Assembly: GCA_041653195.1 (NCBI GenBank)
Contig: JBAZFU010000002.1
Location: forward strand, 23,639 to 87,638
Reading direction: 5' to 3'
Source of the DNA: an archaeon
GTDB lineage: Archaea; Iainarchaeota; Iainarchaeia; Iainarchaeales; JAAZKV01
Length of the DNA stretch: 64,000 nucleotides
This document shows positions 24,431 through 32,621 of the stretch, piece by piece (positions within the stretch are counted from its first letter, which is position 1; each line of letters opens with the position of its first letter). The position numbers were made by a program, and so were the translations under genes. The notes beneath the pieces are model-generated. The model searched no databases. It saw nothing but the letters and a program-made list of their open reading frames with translations, and was not told the origin of the DNA.

Positions 24431-25488
24431 CAGCTAACCACCATCGATAAATTAGCCCTCGCAGTAAAACCTGAAGAACTCACTACAAGAAACCCCGAAT
24501 ATGCGCCCGGTGGAATAGAAGGATTTATTCTCAATAAAAGCTCTTCACAGGAACCGGAAGCTATTACGCCGGAAAATGTGACTGCCGAATAAGCTGCTAT
24601 GTTTCCGGAAACAATTGAATCCGAAGAAGAAAAATTCGTTGAAGAATTATTGCACACCAAAAATGATTCGCCTGAAGAAGTCGATTCAATTAGTTTCACA
24701 CTGGGGGAAATTACAAGTTCCTGCCCGGAAGAAACGCAAACCAAATCAATTGGCAGGCTCGTGTTCTCATCGCCTGAAAAAATAAGTTCTCCGGAATAGG
24801 CGCCGCTCGCATTCGAATCACATGAAAGCGAAATAGTAAAATCTGCTGATTCATCAATATCAAAAATCTTTTCTCCCGAAGGCGAAACTATTGCCGACGC
24901 ATCAGGATGCAAAAACTCCGTCGAAATCACATAAGGCACTTGAGCGCCGGAAATATTCTCTGCAGAAATAACCACTTCTTTTGAGGAACTTGAGGAAACT
25001 ATTTCTGCAATCCTATGCTGGGACAAAGAAAGCTTTGACGGAGAAATTGAAACGAAACCATCATAAACAGTTATAACAAACTGGTGAAGCCCCGTGTCAT
25101 CCGGCCATGAACCCCTGACCTCGACATTTGTTGTCCCGATAATATCGGAACCCGCAACATTTAACACAATCGTTTTACCGATGAACTCCGATTTGTTAAA
25201 GTCATAAGATTCCGGCAATTGCAAAATAAGTTTTTTTACAGTACCGGGACCGAGAAAATACGCATCATCAATTTCCCGCGAAAGAGATTCAATAAGATTT
25301 TTTCCTGATTGCTGCTGCAACAAAATTTGCGAACCCGAATAGGAATCCCAAATAAGAGCTGTAAAAATAAGCAAACCTGCCATTGCAGCCGCCAGAATCA
25401 TCATTGATTCAATGGAAGCCTGCGCACCCGAACCGCGACAACGCTTATTTCCCAAAAAATTTTTTCTGCAAACCAAAAAACACACCAA
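24430..25488 (-). CDS. Pilin-like protein: class III signal peptide + pilin core + beta-sandwich repeats
   Basis: N-terminus ...CRGSGA|QASIESMMILAAAMAGLLIFTALIW. The pilin core is alignable with those of the 697- and 1211-aa proteins (..IGKTIVLNVAGSDIIGTTNVEVRGSW versus ISGRTVLLKLAGGDALGTADVNILGSW). It shares a one-nucleotide overlap with the downstream gene. Confidence 0.75.
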   Translation of the reverse strand: MVCFLVCRKNFLGNKRCRGSGAQASIESMMILAAAMAGLLIFTALIWDSYSGSQILLQQQSGKNLIESLSREIDDAYFLGPGTVKKLILQLPESYDFNKSEFIGKTIVLNVAGSDIIGTTNVEVRGSWPDDTGLHQFVITVYDGFVSISPSKLSLSQHRIAEIVSSSSSKEVVISAENISGAQVPYVISTEFLHPDASAIVSPSGEKIFDIDESADFTISLSCDSNASGAYSGELIFSGDENTSLPIDLVCVSSGQELVISPSVKLIESTSSGESFLVCNNSSTNFSSSDSIVSGNIAAYSAVTFSGVIASGSCEELLLRINPSIPPGAYSGFLVVSSSGFTARANLSMVVS

Positions 25489-25563
25489 ATCAAGAAAACG
25501 ACAACCAAAATATAAGGGTTTTCCGGTTTAAAATTGTTTTCAGAAGAAAAACTGCAAAAAAAA

Positions 25564-28500
25564 TTAAGAAGAAACGACCGAAACATTAACATCTTTTAGA
25601 AACGCCCCTATCCAAAAAGTGCCCGCAGTATAACCTTCAAAAGTCGATAGCGGTCTGAAAAAAACGTCAAAGCCAAGATAGCGGGAATTACTTAATGAAC
25701 TAATATCAATACTCGAATTATTTTCTGCACCCGAAATATACTGATTACTTGTCTTCGTGCTACAAGCAGAATCGCTGCAGGAATAAACATTCAAATCCAA
25801 GCGAGAAGCGCCTTGACGGTACAAATCCATAACCTGCCGCTGATTCATGGCATAATTTGCCGCAAACATATTCTCAATTTTTCCGTCAAATTTCGCAGTA
25901 CCATTCTGCCCATAAAGCGTACGCTCTTCAGTCCTCTTGCCGATATAAGTTCCAATGCCCACATCATAATATATCAAGCCCGTGCCAACTGCACCTGTCC
26001 CGACAAGAAGCCCGTTAGAATAAATATTCACAGTCCCCTGATTCCTCACAACAACCACCTGTGTCCACTTATTTACATCAACAGCACCGGGCGCAGATGT
26101 CTTAACCACATTATCCATTATTCCTCCCGCGCCGAAAGTAATTATTCCTGCCGGAGTAATCCAAATCGCATAACCACCGTCCGTGCCCGCAATTTCATAT
26201 TTGTTATCAATAAGGCCATGCTCGCGCGCAGAAGTCGGATAAACCCACGCGCCAATCGTCAAATCTTTTCTAAAATTTATTCCCTGATTTAATTCAACAT
26301 GATCCCTGTTTTCAGCATCAAAACTATACGCTTGCGTACCCCATAGCCCGGTTGTTAACATAGCACCGCCCGCGCTACCATCATTGCCACCAACAGCACT
26401 ATCTTCCGCGTCTCCGTTGAAATGCCAAACAGAAACCAAATCCGGTTCATTTCCAACCAATTCTGCACCCTCACCAAAATTGTATCTTTCAGAAACTTCC
26501 GCCGCCGACAAAGCTTTGCCCCAAACCGCAACCTCTTCCAAAACACCGTTAAAATCCGCCTGTCCCCCTTGAGAGTAATCGGCACGCGCAGTCTTCCTGT
26601 GCCCGATGAATCTTCCTGAATCAAGCAATCTGGCCACAGTATCATAGTATAGAGTTCCCGCGCCAACAACTGCACTTGAATTTAAAACTCCGTTCACATA
26701 AAAATTAACATCCTTGCCGCCCCGCACAACCGCAATGTGAGACCACTCATTCAAATTAAAAGAATTCGAAGGAGAAGAAACAACCACATTGCTTAATATT
26801 CCGCCCGCGCCGAAAGTAATATTATTATCTGCAGAAAGCCAAACCGCGTAACCCCCGTCAGTTCCTTCTATCTCATAATAATTATCAAAAATTGAGTGTG
26901 TCCTCGCACTAATCGGATAAATCCAAGCCTCAATCGTCAGGTTATTTACATCAAGAGTATTGTTTACAGGAGCACTTAATTCCAAATATGAATTTATATC
27001 AGCACCAGCGTTAAAACTCGCGGCATTGGTGCTCCACAAACCAGTTTCATACGTTGTTGTACCAACCCAACTGCAATCATTGACTCCGTTCAAACTTGAA
27101 TCATTAACATCATTATTCATGCGCCAAAGAGCCACAGGATTCCCGCCCCAAGCAGCACTATCCCGCTTCAATTCATCCCCAAAATTGTAATCAAAATCTT
27201 TATTGATTTTTATCGCATTCCAATCAACATCCGCACCGGCATCAATAATATTTTCACTCACAAAATTTGAATTGACCCACTGATTATAATCTGCCAACAC
27301 TTCGGACGCGGACAATGCACGATCCCAAATTTTCACTTCATCAATATCCCCGCTAAAAAAATAAAGATTTCCCGCTGTCCACAATTGCTTACCCATGGTA
27401 AGCGGCTGGGCAGACTGGTCAAAACTGTTCACGACACCGGCATTCGTATCTGCAACATCACTCCTAACCCCGTTCACATAAATTGCCATTCCCGAACTCT
27501 TGAAAGTTCCATCCCACACCGCAACAACATGATTCCACTTTCCGGCGCTAATCGGGTTTACAGCAGTTTTTCTTGAAATATATACGCTTGTGGAACTGTC
27601 AAATAAATAAAATTGCAAAGTAGTGTCCGTAAAAAATCTGAAAAAAAATCCGTCTCTGTTAGCGGTTGTTGCGTTATTGCCGTCAAGGTTCGAAATTATT
27701 ACATCGCCCGTTGTTAGAGAATCCATGTTTACCCAAGCGCTTACTGTGAAACCGCCCGCCATGTTGTCATCAATAGTATTATTCAACTGAACAAAATCAG
27801 CTGTCCCGTTGAAACTATAAGAATTCGCGTCCCACAAACCCTGCGCAACAATTGGACTACTTACTGCTCCGCTGTTGCCCCTGCCGGAAAAATCAAAAGC
27901 ATCGCCATTAAACTTGTAATATGCAACAAGATTCGCATCACGCCATCTGTTTGAATCAGCAACTGAATTCAAATTCCAGTCCAACTCGCCCGTAGTGGCA
28001 ATCGATTTATCCGCAAACTTCTGAACCCAATTGGCAAAGTCATAATCCTGATTCAAATCAGAGAGATAAAAAGTAAGAGGCGTTTCCGAAACTGGCGGCT
28101 CGCTCTCACTAACCTCAATCGAAATCGATGCGGCCCCTGAATTTTTATCAGAATAAAGCGCAATAAAATTAGCGTCGTAGGTGCCTGCAGAAACTTCCGA
28201 CGGAACAGTCACCGAAACACTCACATCTAAACATTCAAAAGGACCAATGTTACTTATCGCAGTAAGCGAAAGCCAGGGCGCGGCATTCGCATCCGCACTG
28301 CCATCAACAGCCCAAGAAATTCCGCTTATCTCCGAACCATTATTGCTGCACAAAGCATACTGCGAAGAAACCGCGCTTCCGCCCGATTCCGCCGAAACGC
28401 TTTTTGCAGGCGGAAGAAGCGACAAAGAACTTGAGCTGGAAAAAATCTCTGCGGAAACAAAAACTTGTTTTGAAAAATTTTGGTCGGAAATTTCGCCAAC

Positions 28501-29199
28501 CACATCAACGATTCCTGAATAGTTTCCGAAAGCACTCTGTTCAATATCAAAATTCATCGAAACTTCTTTCATTCCTTGCGCAGGAACCGAAAAAAAGTCG
28601 TCGCCAGCATCAAGAGAAAGAGCAACCCCTGAACGATAAAAATTCGGAATGACCCAAAAAGTCGCTTCAGAATCAGAATTATTTCTCACAACAAATTTTT
28701 TTGAAATCGTGCGCCCTGCAGGAGAAGAAAAATAAATCGATTCGCTACTAATTTCAAAATCCCTGTAACTCAGCCGAACTGCATTCCCGTCATAATACAA
28801 GTAAGCATAATAAACATAGGAACCCTGCTTCCACGAACCCAAAATATTAACATCCGCAGTACCGAGCGCGTCACCGCCCGCAAGTTTCAACAAAACCGTG
28901 CGCCCGCTTATATTGCTATCAAGAAGATTTGCAGAAACAGGCACCTCTATCAAAATTTTTGTTTCCGAACCGATGCCCGAAGAATAAACCTCGTTGGCAG
29001 CATTCACAATTCTTTGAACAGTAGAATTTGCAGTATACACGTCCCTGAAATTTGTTGCCGAATTTATTTGAGAAGCATAAAAAACATAAATAAGCACAAT
29101 AACAATTGCGGCCGCACTCAAAACCATTGACAACTCGATAACCGCCTGCGCCCTATTCTCGTTCAACAAAGCCAAAAACCCGCCATTCAACGAATACAT
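25564..29199 (-). CDS. Giant pilin-like adhesin: class III signal peptide + pilin core + beta-sandwich repeats + three LamG/concanavalin-like lectin modules
   Basis: N-terminus ...LLNENRA|QAVIELSMVLSAAAIVIVLIYVFYASQ. There are three modules with the LamG_3-type pattern (L(V/A).(Y/W).(F/M)NGDA.D.S..GN.G...GLW...A..F......(V/L).L....TI.AW(V/I)...W.H(V/I)(A/V)VV......(I/F)YVNG...(L/I)(D/E)EV.(I/V)W..ALSA.EV). Modules 2 and 3 are close internal duplicates. Confidence 0.8.
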   Translation of the reverse strand: MYSLNGGFLALLNENRAQAVIELSMVLSAAAIVIVLIYVFYASQINSATNFRDVYTANSTVQRIVNAANEVYSSGIGSETKILIEVPVSANLLDSNISGRTVLLKLAGGDALGTADVNILGSWKQGSYVYYAYLYYDGNAVRLSYRDFEISSESIYFSSPAGRTISKKFVVRNNSDSEATFWVIPNFYRSGVALSLDAGDDFFSVPAQGMKEVSMNFDIEQSAFGNYSGIVDVVGEISDQNFSKQVFVSAEIFSSSSSLSLLPPAKSVSAESGGSAVSSQYALCSNNGSEISGISWAVDGSADANAAPWLSLTAISNIGPFECLDVSVSVTVPSEVSAGTYDANFIALYSDKNSGAASISIEVSESEPPVSETPLTFYLSDLNQDYDFANWVQKFADKSIATTGELDWNLNSVADSNRWRDANLVAYYKFNGDAFDFSGRGNSGAVSSPIVAQGLWDANSYSFNGTADFVQLNNTIDDNMAGGFTVSAWVNMDSLTTGDVIISNLDGNNATTANRDGFFFRFFTDTTLQFYLFDSSTSVYISRKTAVNPISAGKWNHVVAVWDGTFKSSGMAIYVNGVRSDVADTNAGVVNSFDQSAQPLTMGKQLWTAGNLYFFSGDIDEVKIWDRALSASEVLADYNQWVNSNFVSENIIDAGADVDWNAIKINKDFDYNFGDELKRDSAAWGGNPVALWRMNNDVNDSSLNGVNDCSWVGTTTYETGLWSTNAASFNAGADINSYLELSAPVNNTLDVNNLTIEAWIYPISARTHSIFDNYYEIEGTDGGYAVWLSADNNITFGAGGILSNVVVSSPSNSFNLNEWSHIAVVRGGKDVNFYVNGVLNSSAVVGAGTLYYDTVARLLDSGRFIGHRKTARADYSQGGQADFNGVLEEVAVWGKALSAAEVSERYNFGEGAELVGNEPDLVSVWHFNGDAEDSAVGGNDGSAGGAMLTTGLWGTQAYSFDAENRDHVELNQGINFRKDLTIGAWVYPTSAREHGLIDNKYEIAGTDGGYAIWITPAGIITFGAGGIMDNVVKTSAPGAVDVNKWTQVVVVRNQGTVNIYSNGLLVGTGAVGTGLIYYDVGIGTYIGKRTEERTLYGQNGTAKFDGKIENMFAANYAMNQRQVMDLYRQGASRLDLNVYSCSDSACSTKTSNQYISGAENNSSIDISSLSNSRYLGFDVFFRPLSTFEGYTAGTFWIGAFLKDVNVSVVSS

Positions 29200-29304
29200 A
29201 AAAGACGAACTAGTAATTAAAATTAATCAATTGAGTTTTTCTTCAAAAAAATGCTTTGAAAACCCGCGAAAAAGGTTTTTATTAACAAAACACGTTCCTT
29301 CTGA

Positions 29305-29907
29305 ATGCAAAATCTCGCTTTCCTAAAACCAATGCTGGCAGAAGCCGAGGAAAGAACAGCACTGGTAGAATTAAACAAAGACCAGTTAAAAGACGCCATG
29401 AAAACAATAGTAACACATTATGAAAAGAACCGAAGAAAAAAAGGAATAATAATTTCACTAAGCGCACCGATAGAACAAATTACCGAAGAAGACGATTTTT
29501 CAATGCTCGACAAGGAACAACTCATACTAATCGACATGTGCTCCGGAAAAAAAGGAAAAGCAACTGTAAACGGATTCAAAACATTCTTTATAGAAACGCC
29601 ATCAGACTTGACAAGTTTGAGAATAATACTCGAAAATCTCCTGCAAAAAAACGAAAACGAAAAAAATGAAAAAAAATTTGTTTTATTCGACTCTATAAGC
29701 GCGCTTTCAACATACGTCGAAAGAAAGGTTCTCGACAAGTTCATGTATTACTTAAACAACAAAATAAGTTTCGAAGGCGATACCGGAATATTTCTTTCAA
29801 TAAAAAATCCGAAAGTAGACGAAGATATTGAAATAATAAAACAATTCTGCTCCAAATTTTACGACTTTTCGGGCGTTGTTACAATGGAAGTAGAAAAAGC
29901 CGAATAA
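29305..29907 (+). CDS. KaiC/RecA-fold-like protein lacking a P-loop (paralogue of 14582..15262)
   Basis: 200 aa. The Walker-B-like strand KKFVLFDSISALSTYV and the overall strand/helix order resemble the core of the neighbouring KaiC-like ATPase. I find no GxxxxGK[ST] motif. Confidence 0.45.
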   Translation: MQNLAFLKPMLAEAEERTALVELNKDQLKDAMKTIVTHYEKNRRKKGIIISLSAPIEQITEEDDFSMLDKEQLILIDMCSGKKGKATVNGFKTFFIETPSDLTSLRIILENLLQKNENEKNEKKFVLFDSISALSTYVERKVLDKFMYYLNNKISFEGDTGIFLSIKNPKVDEDIEIIKQFCSKFYDFSGVVTMEVEKAE

Positions 29908-29920
29908 AACATTCACAAAT

Positions 29921-31012
29921 CTAAAAAATCTCTACGTCAGGATAAACCCTTATCCCGTTCTTCTCAAAATTTATTGCGCAAATCTTGTTAGTGTGGCGGG
30001 TTCCGCGCATTTTTAACACCTCAAGTGCATGAATCCTAATTCCCTTTTCCTCATCATGTTTATAGTAAAGAGAAATTATCGCATCAACAATAAAACCTAT
30101 GCCTCCTTCCTCGCCCTCAAGCTTTTCCGGCGACTCTTCCGAAATTATTAGGGAAGTAACATCCCACTTTTTCAAAGAATTAAAAAACTCAAGAGTTTTG
30201 TCGCGCTTCTCGTATTCGTCCTTAAACAGCAAACCGTAAACCGTTATCGAATCAACAACAACACGCTTCGCTCCGAGCTCGACAAGCGCGTCTCTTATGC
30301 CCGCACCACCCTCTTCCAAAATTTTTGTCATTTGATGCGGCTTGAAAAGCAAAAGGCGAAACTTTCCTTCCTTTTCGAGTTTCGCAAAATCCCACCCGAA
30401 TTGAAGCGCATGAGTGTAAAGCGACTCCCTGTCCTCGCTGAAAGAAATAAACATTCCGGGCTCATCATATTTCATTATCCCTTCATAAATAAACTGCAGA
30501 CCGAACAAAGTTTTTCCAGTGCCTGCCGAGCCGACAACAACCACTGTAGAATTTTTTTCAAATCCTCCTTCAATCAACTCGTCAAAACCGGTAATGCCCG
30601 TTCTTACCCTCTCAAAAGTTTCATGCCCCTCTTCATTTTTTCGCTCTCCGCTAAAAGAAGGTTTTTCCGAATCAAAATTATCCAATCTCACAGGGCGAAC
30701 AGAAAAATTTTCACGTTTCTTCGAATCAACATTCAAAGCACTATCAAAATTTCCGCTTTCTTTAATACTTTCAAACATTTTTATCTTATCATCAAAGCTC
30801 CCACTACTCGAATACGCGGATTTTGGGCTTTCTTTGAAAGAAACCTTCGATTTTTTTAGTTCCTGAATAGCATTATCAAGCGATCCCTTTGATGCTTCCA
30901 TTCTCGAAGTTCGAATATCAGTCCCTGTTCCCCTTAATTGCGCCATCTTTTCCTCAAGGAGCCTTTCCGCTTCGGACTTTTCTTCGTTCTCTTCATCAGC
31001 CATAAAAACCAT
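29921..31012 (-). CDS. KaiC/RadA-like ATPase (ArlH/FlaH-like) with ~130-aa disordered N-terminal extension
   Basis: RVRTGITGFDELIEGGFEKNSTVVVVGSAGTGKTLFGLQFIYEG (Walker A), KRVVVDSITVYG (Walker B) and ALEVLKMRGTRH, the typical KaiC-family single-domain pattern. Confidence 0.85.
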   Translation of the reverse strand: MVFMADEENEEKSEAERLLEEKMAQLRGTGTDIRTSRMEASKGSLDNAIQELKKSKVSFKESPKSAYSSSGSFDDKIKMFESIKESGNFDSALNVDSKKRENFSVRPVRLDNFDSEKPSFSGERKNEEGHETFERVRTGITGFDELIEGGFEKNSTVVVVGSAGTGKTLFGLQFIYEGIMKYDEPGMFISFSEDRESLYTHALQFGWDFAKLEKEGKFRLLLFKPHQMTKILEEGGAGIRDALVELGAKRVVVDSITVYGLLFKDEYEKRDKTLEFFNSLKKWDVTSLIISEESPEKLEGEEGGIGFIVDAIISLYYKHDEEKGIRIHALEVLKMRGTRHTNKICAINFEKNGIRVYPDVEIF

Positions 31013-31234
31013 TTCGGCGCTTTTGCAGAAATAAGGATTTGAAAGTATTTAAAGTTCTCTTTTGTAATTCAAAGTTATTTTTTGTGCCTCAGTACGCCCA
31101 TCACTCATCATGAATCAGTGAAATGCAGTCATCACAGGCAACTAATTCAGGAATAAAAGTATTAAAAACCAAACAATCAGAACCACTCAAATATGCTGTT
31201 TTCGGGGCTTAGAACGCGTTTTCGAACCAAACCG

Positions 31235-31242
31235 TTTATATA
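31235..31242 (+). promoter_or_regulatory. TATA-like box upstream of the 31299 mini histone-fold gene
   Basis: tttatata lies ~60 nt upstream of the start codon. GGAGGT (Shine-Dalgarno-like) lies ~8 nt before the ATG. Confidence 0.3.
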
Positions 31243-31298
31243 TCCTTTCGATTTCAAAATTAATCGCAAAATGCTTTAAACGGCATTTAACGGAGGTT

Positions 31299-31481
31299 TT
31301 GAACATGGCAGAAGTATTAGTTGTTGGATCAAAAGTTAAGGACGCAATAAAAAAAGAAGATTGCAATACTGCTGGAGACGTAATGGACGCTCTTAGCGAC
31401 AAAGTTGCAAAAATGATAAAAGAAGCTGCGGCAAGGGCAAAAGCCAACGGAAGAAAAACCGTTAGAGGCGTAGACTTCTAA
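31299..31481 (+). CDS. Small histone-fold-like protein (DUF1931-like)
   Basis: 60 aa. NTAGDVMDALSDKVAKMIKEAAARAKANGRKTVRGVDF aligns with the a2-L2-a3 region of archaeal histones (..ASEAIKLARHAGRKTIKAEDI). The likely start is MAEVLVV at 31305. Confidence 0.55.
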   Translation: MNMAEVLVVGSKVKDAIKKEDCNTAGDVMDALSDKVAKMIKEAAARAKANGRKTVRGVDF

Positions 31482-31590
31482 AATCAACCTTAAACAAATT
31501 TTTTTGCGAGAAAGTGTTCCAGAAATGGAATGCTTTCCAGCAACTTATTCTAAAACAAATAAATTTTGTAAAAAATTTTTGTGAACAACT

Positions 31591-32016
31591 ATGAAACCAA
31601 AAAAACTCATCGCAATAGTTCTCATAAAAAATCGAAGCGTGTTGGCTGAAGTAAGAAAGGCGAATGATGATTTCGGAGCCGGCGCAATCTGGATTCCTGG
31701 CGGGCATGTTGAAGAAGGCGAAACGGAAGAACAGGCATTCATAAGGGAGGCAGATGAAGAAATGAGAATAAAACCCGTTGAATATTCACTGCTCTGTATT
31801 TTACCATGGGAAAAGGATGGAAAAAATTATACAATTTATTACTACCTCTGCACAAAATGGAAAGGAAAAATCAAAAACAAGGAAGCAAGCAAATTAATTT
31901 GGATAAAAGAAAACGAGGCATCAAAGCTTGACGCCGATACAAAAACCGGTAAACTGGATGAAGATGTGGACAGAACCGCATTCAAAAGGGCTCTTGAAAA
32001 AATCGACGAAAAATAA
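31591..32016 (+). CDS. NUDIX hydrolase
   Basis: Nudix box GGHVEEGETEEQAFIREADEEMRI (Gx5Ex7REx2EE). Confidence 0.8.
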   Translation: MKPKKLIAIVLIKNRSVLAEVRKANDDFGAGAIWIPGGHVEEGETEEQAFIREADEEMRIKPVEYSLLCILPWEKDGKNYTIYYYLCTKWKGKIKNKEASKLIWIKENEASKLDADTKTGKLDEDVDRTAFKRALEKIDEK

Positions 32017-32052
32017 AAATAACTTCCAAGAAAATTAAAGTTTTTAGAAAAA

Positions 32053-32592
32053 TTACAAAACAGACCTGTCAAGCAAATAATAATTCACAGCGTCTTCCGA
32101 ATCGACAACCGCCTGCAAAACTTTCGCATGAATATTTCCGGCAAGGCGAGTCATCCTGCTCAGCTGATGCATCGAAAGCCTTTCAGATTCGGGAACAACA
32201 TTAATCACGTACTGTGTGTGCGCGGAACCCATCTTCTGCCCCTTCGGATAAACCCTGAAATCAAAACCGAATTTGAGACCGGTTTTTACGCAATAACCTT
32301 TCTCGCGCAGATTCGCGTAAACCACAAACTTCGAATAAAACTTTTTATCCTTTTTCAAGCCGAGGTCAAAAATCTTTTTTTCCGAAAGTTTTTTTCCGCG
32401 CGTATCGCAAACGCAGAGCTTTTCGCGAGAAAAAAGAAAAAGCGCTTCAACCAAATCGAGGACAAGAAGTTTGCCTTTGCTTTCTCCGAAACCCTTTTCA
32501 ACAAGCATTCCTTTCAAAGTGGAATCTGAAACGATTACTTTATTTTCCGCAAGAGTTGTTTCAGAGCCTTTTTTTATTTTAGCCATTTTCAA
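32053..32592 (-). CDS. endA: tRNA-splicing endonuclease (179 aa, homotetramer-size subunit)
   Basis: VYANLREKGYCVKTGLKFGFDFRVYPKG...SAHTQYVINVV fits the EndA catalytic C-terminal domain pattern (Tyr/His/Lys triad region). Confidence 0.85.
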   Translation of the reverse strand: MKMAKIKKGSETTLAENKVIVSDSTLKGMLVEKGFGESKGKLLVLDLVEALFLFSREKLCVCDTRGKKLSEKKIFDLGLKKDKKFYSKFVVYANLREKGYCVKTGLKFGFDFRVYPKGQKMGSAHTQYVINVVPESERLSMHQLSRMTRLAGNIHAKVLQAVVDSEDAVNYYLLDRSVL

Positions 32593-32621
32593 TCACTGCA
32601 TTATTTATTCCGATTTTTAAT

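Noticed and set aside
30332-30859. 175-aa and 115-aa plus-strand ORFs antisense to the KaiC-like ATPase
   Set aside because: The same reasoning applies. The minus frame has Walker A/B and KaiC family blocks.
15392-31012. Interpretation of the filament locus as a canonical archaellum (motility) operon
   Set aside because: ArlI-like, ArlJ-like (split) and ArlH-like genes are present, but I cannot recognise archaellin-type subunits or ArlC/D/E/F/G/X. Two of the subunits are 700-1200-aa adhesin-like proteins, so an adhesion pilus fits better. This needs HMM confirmation.
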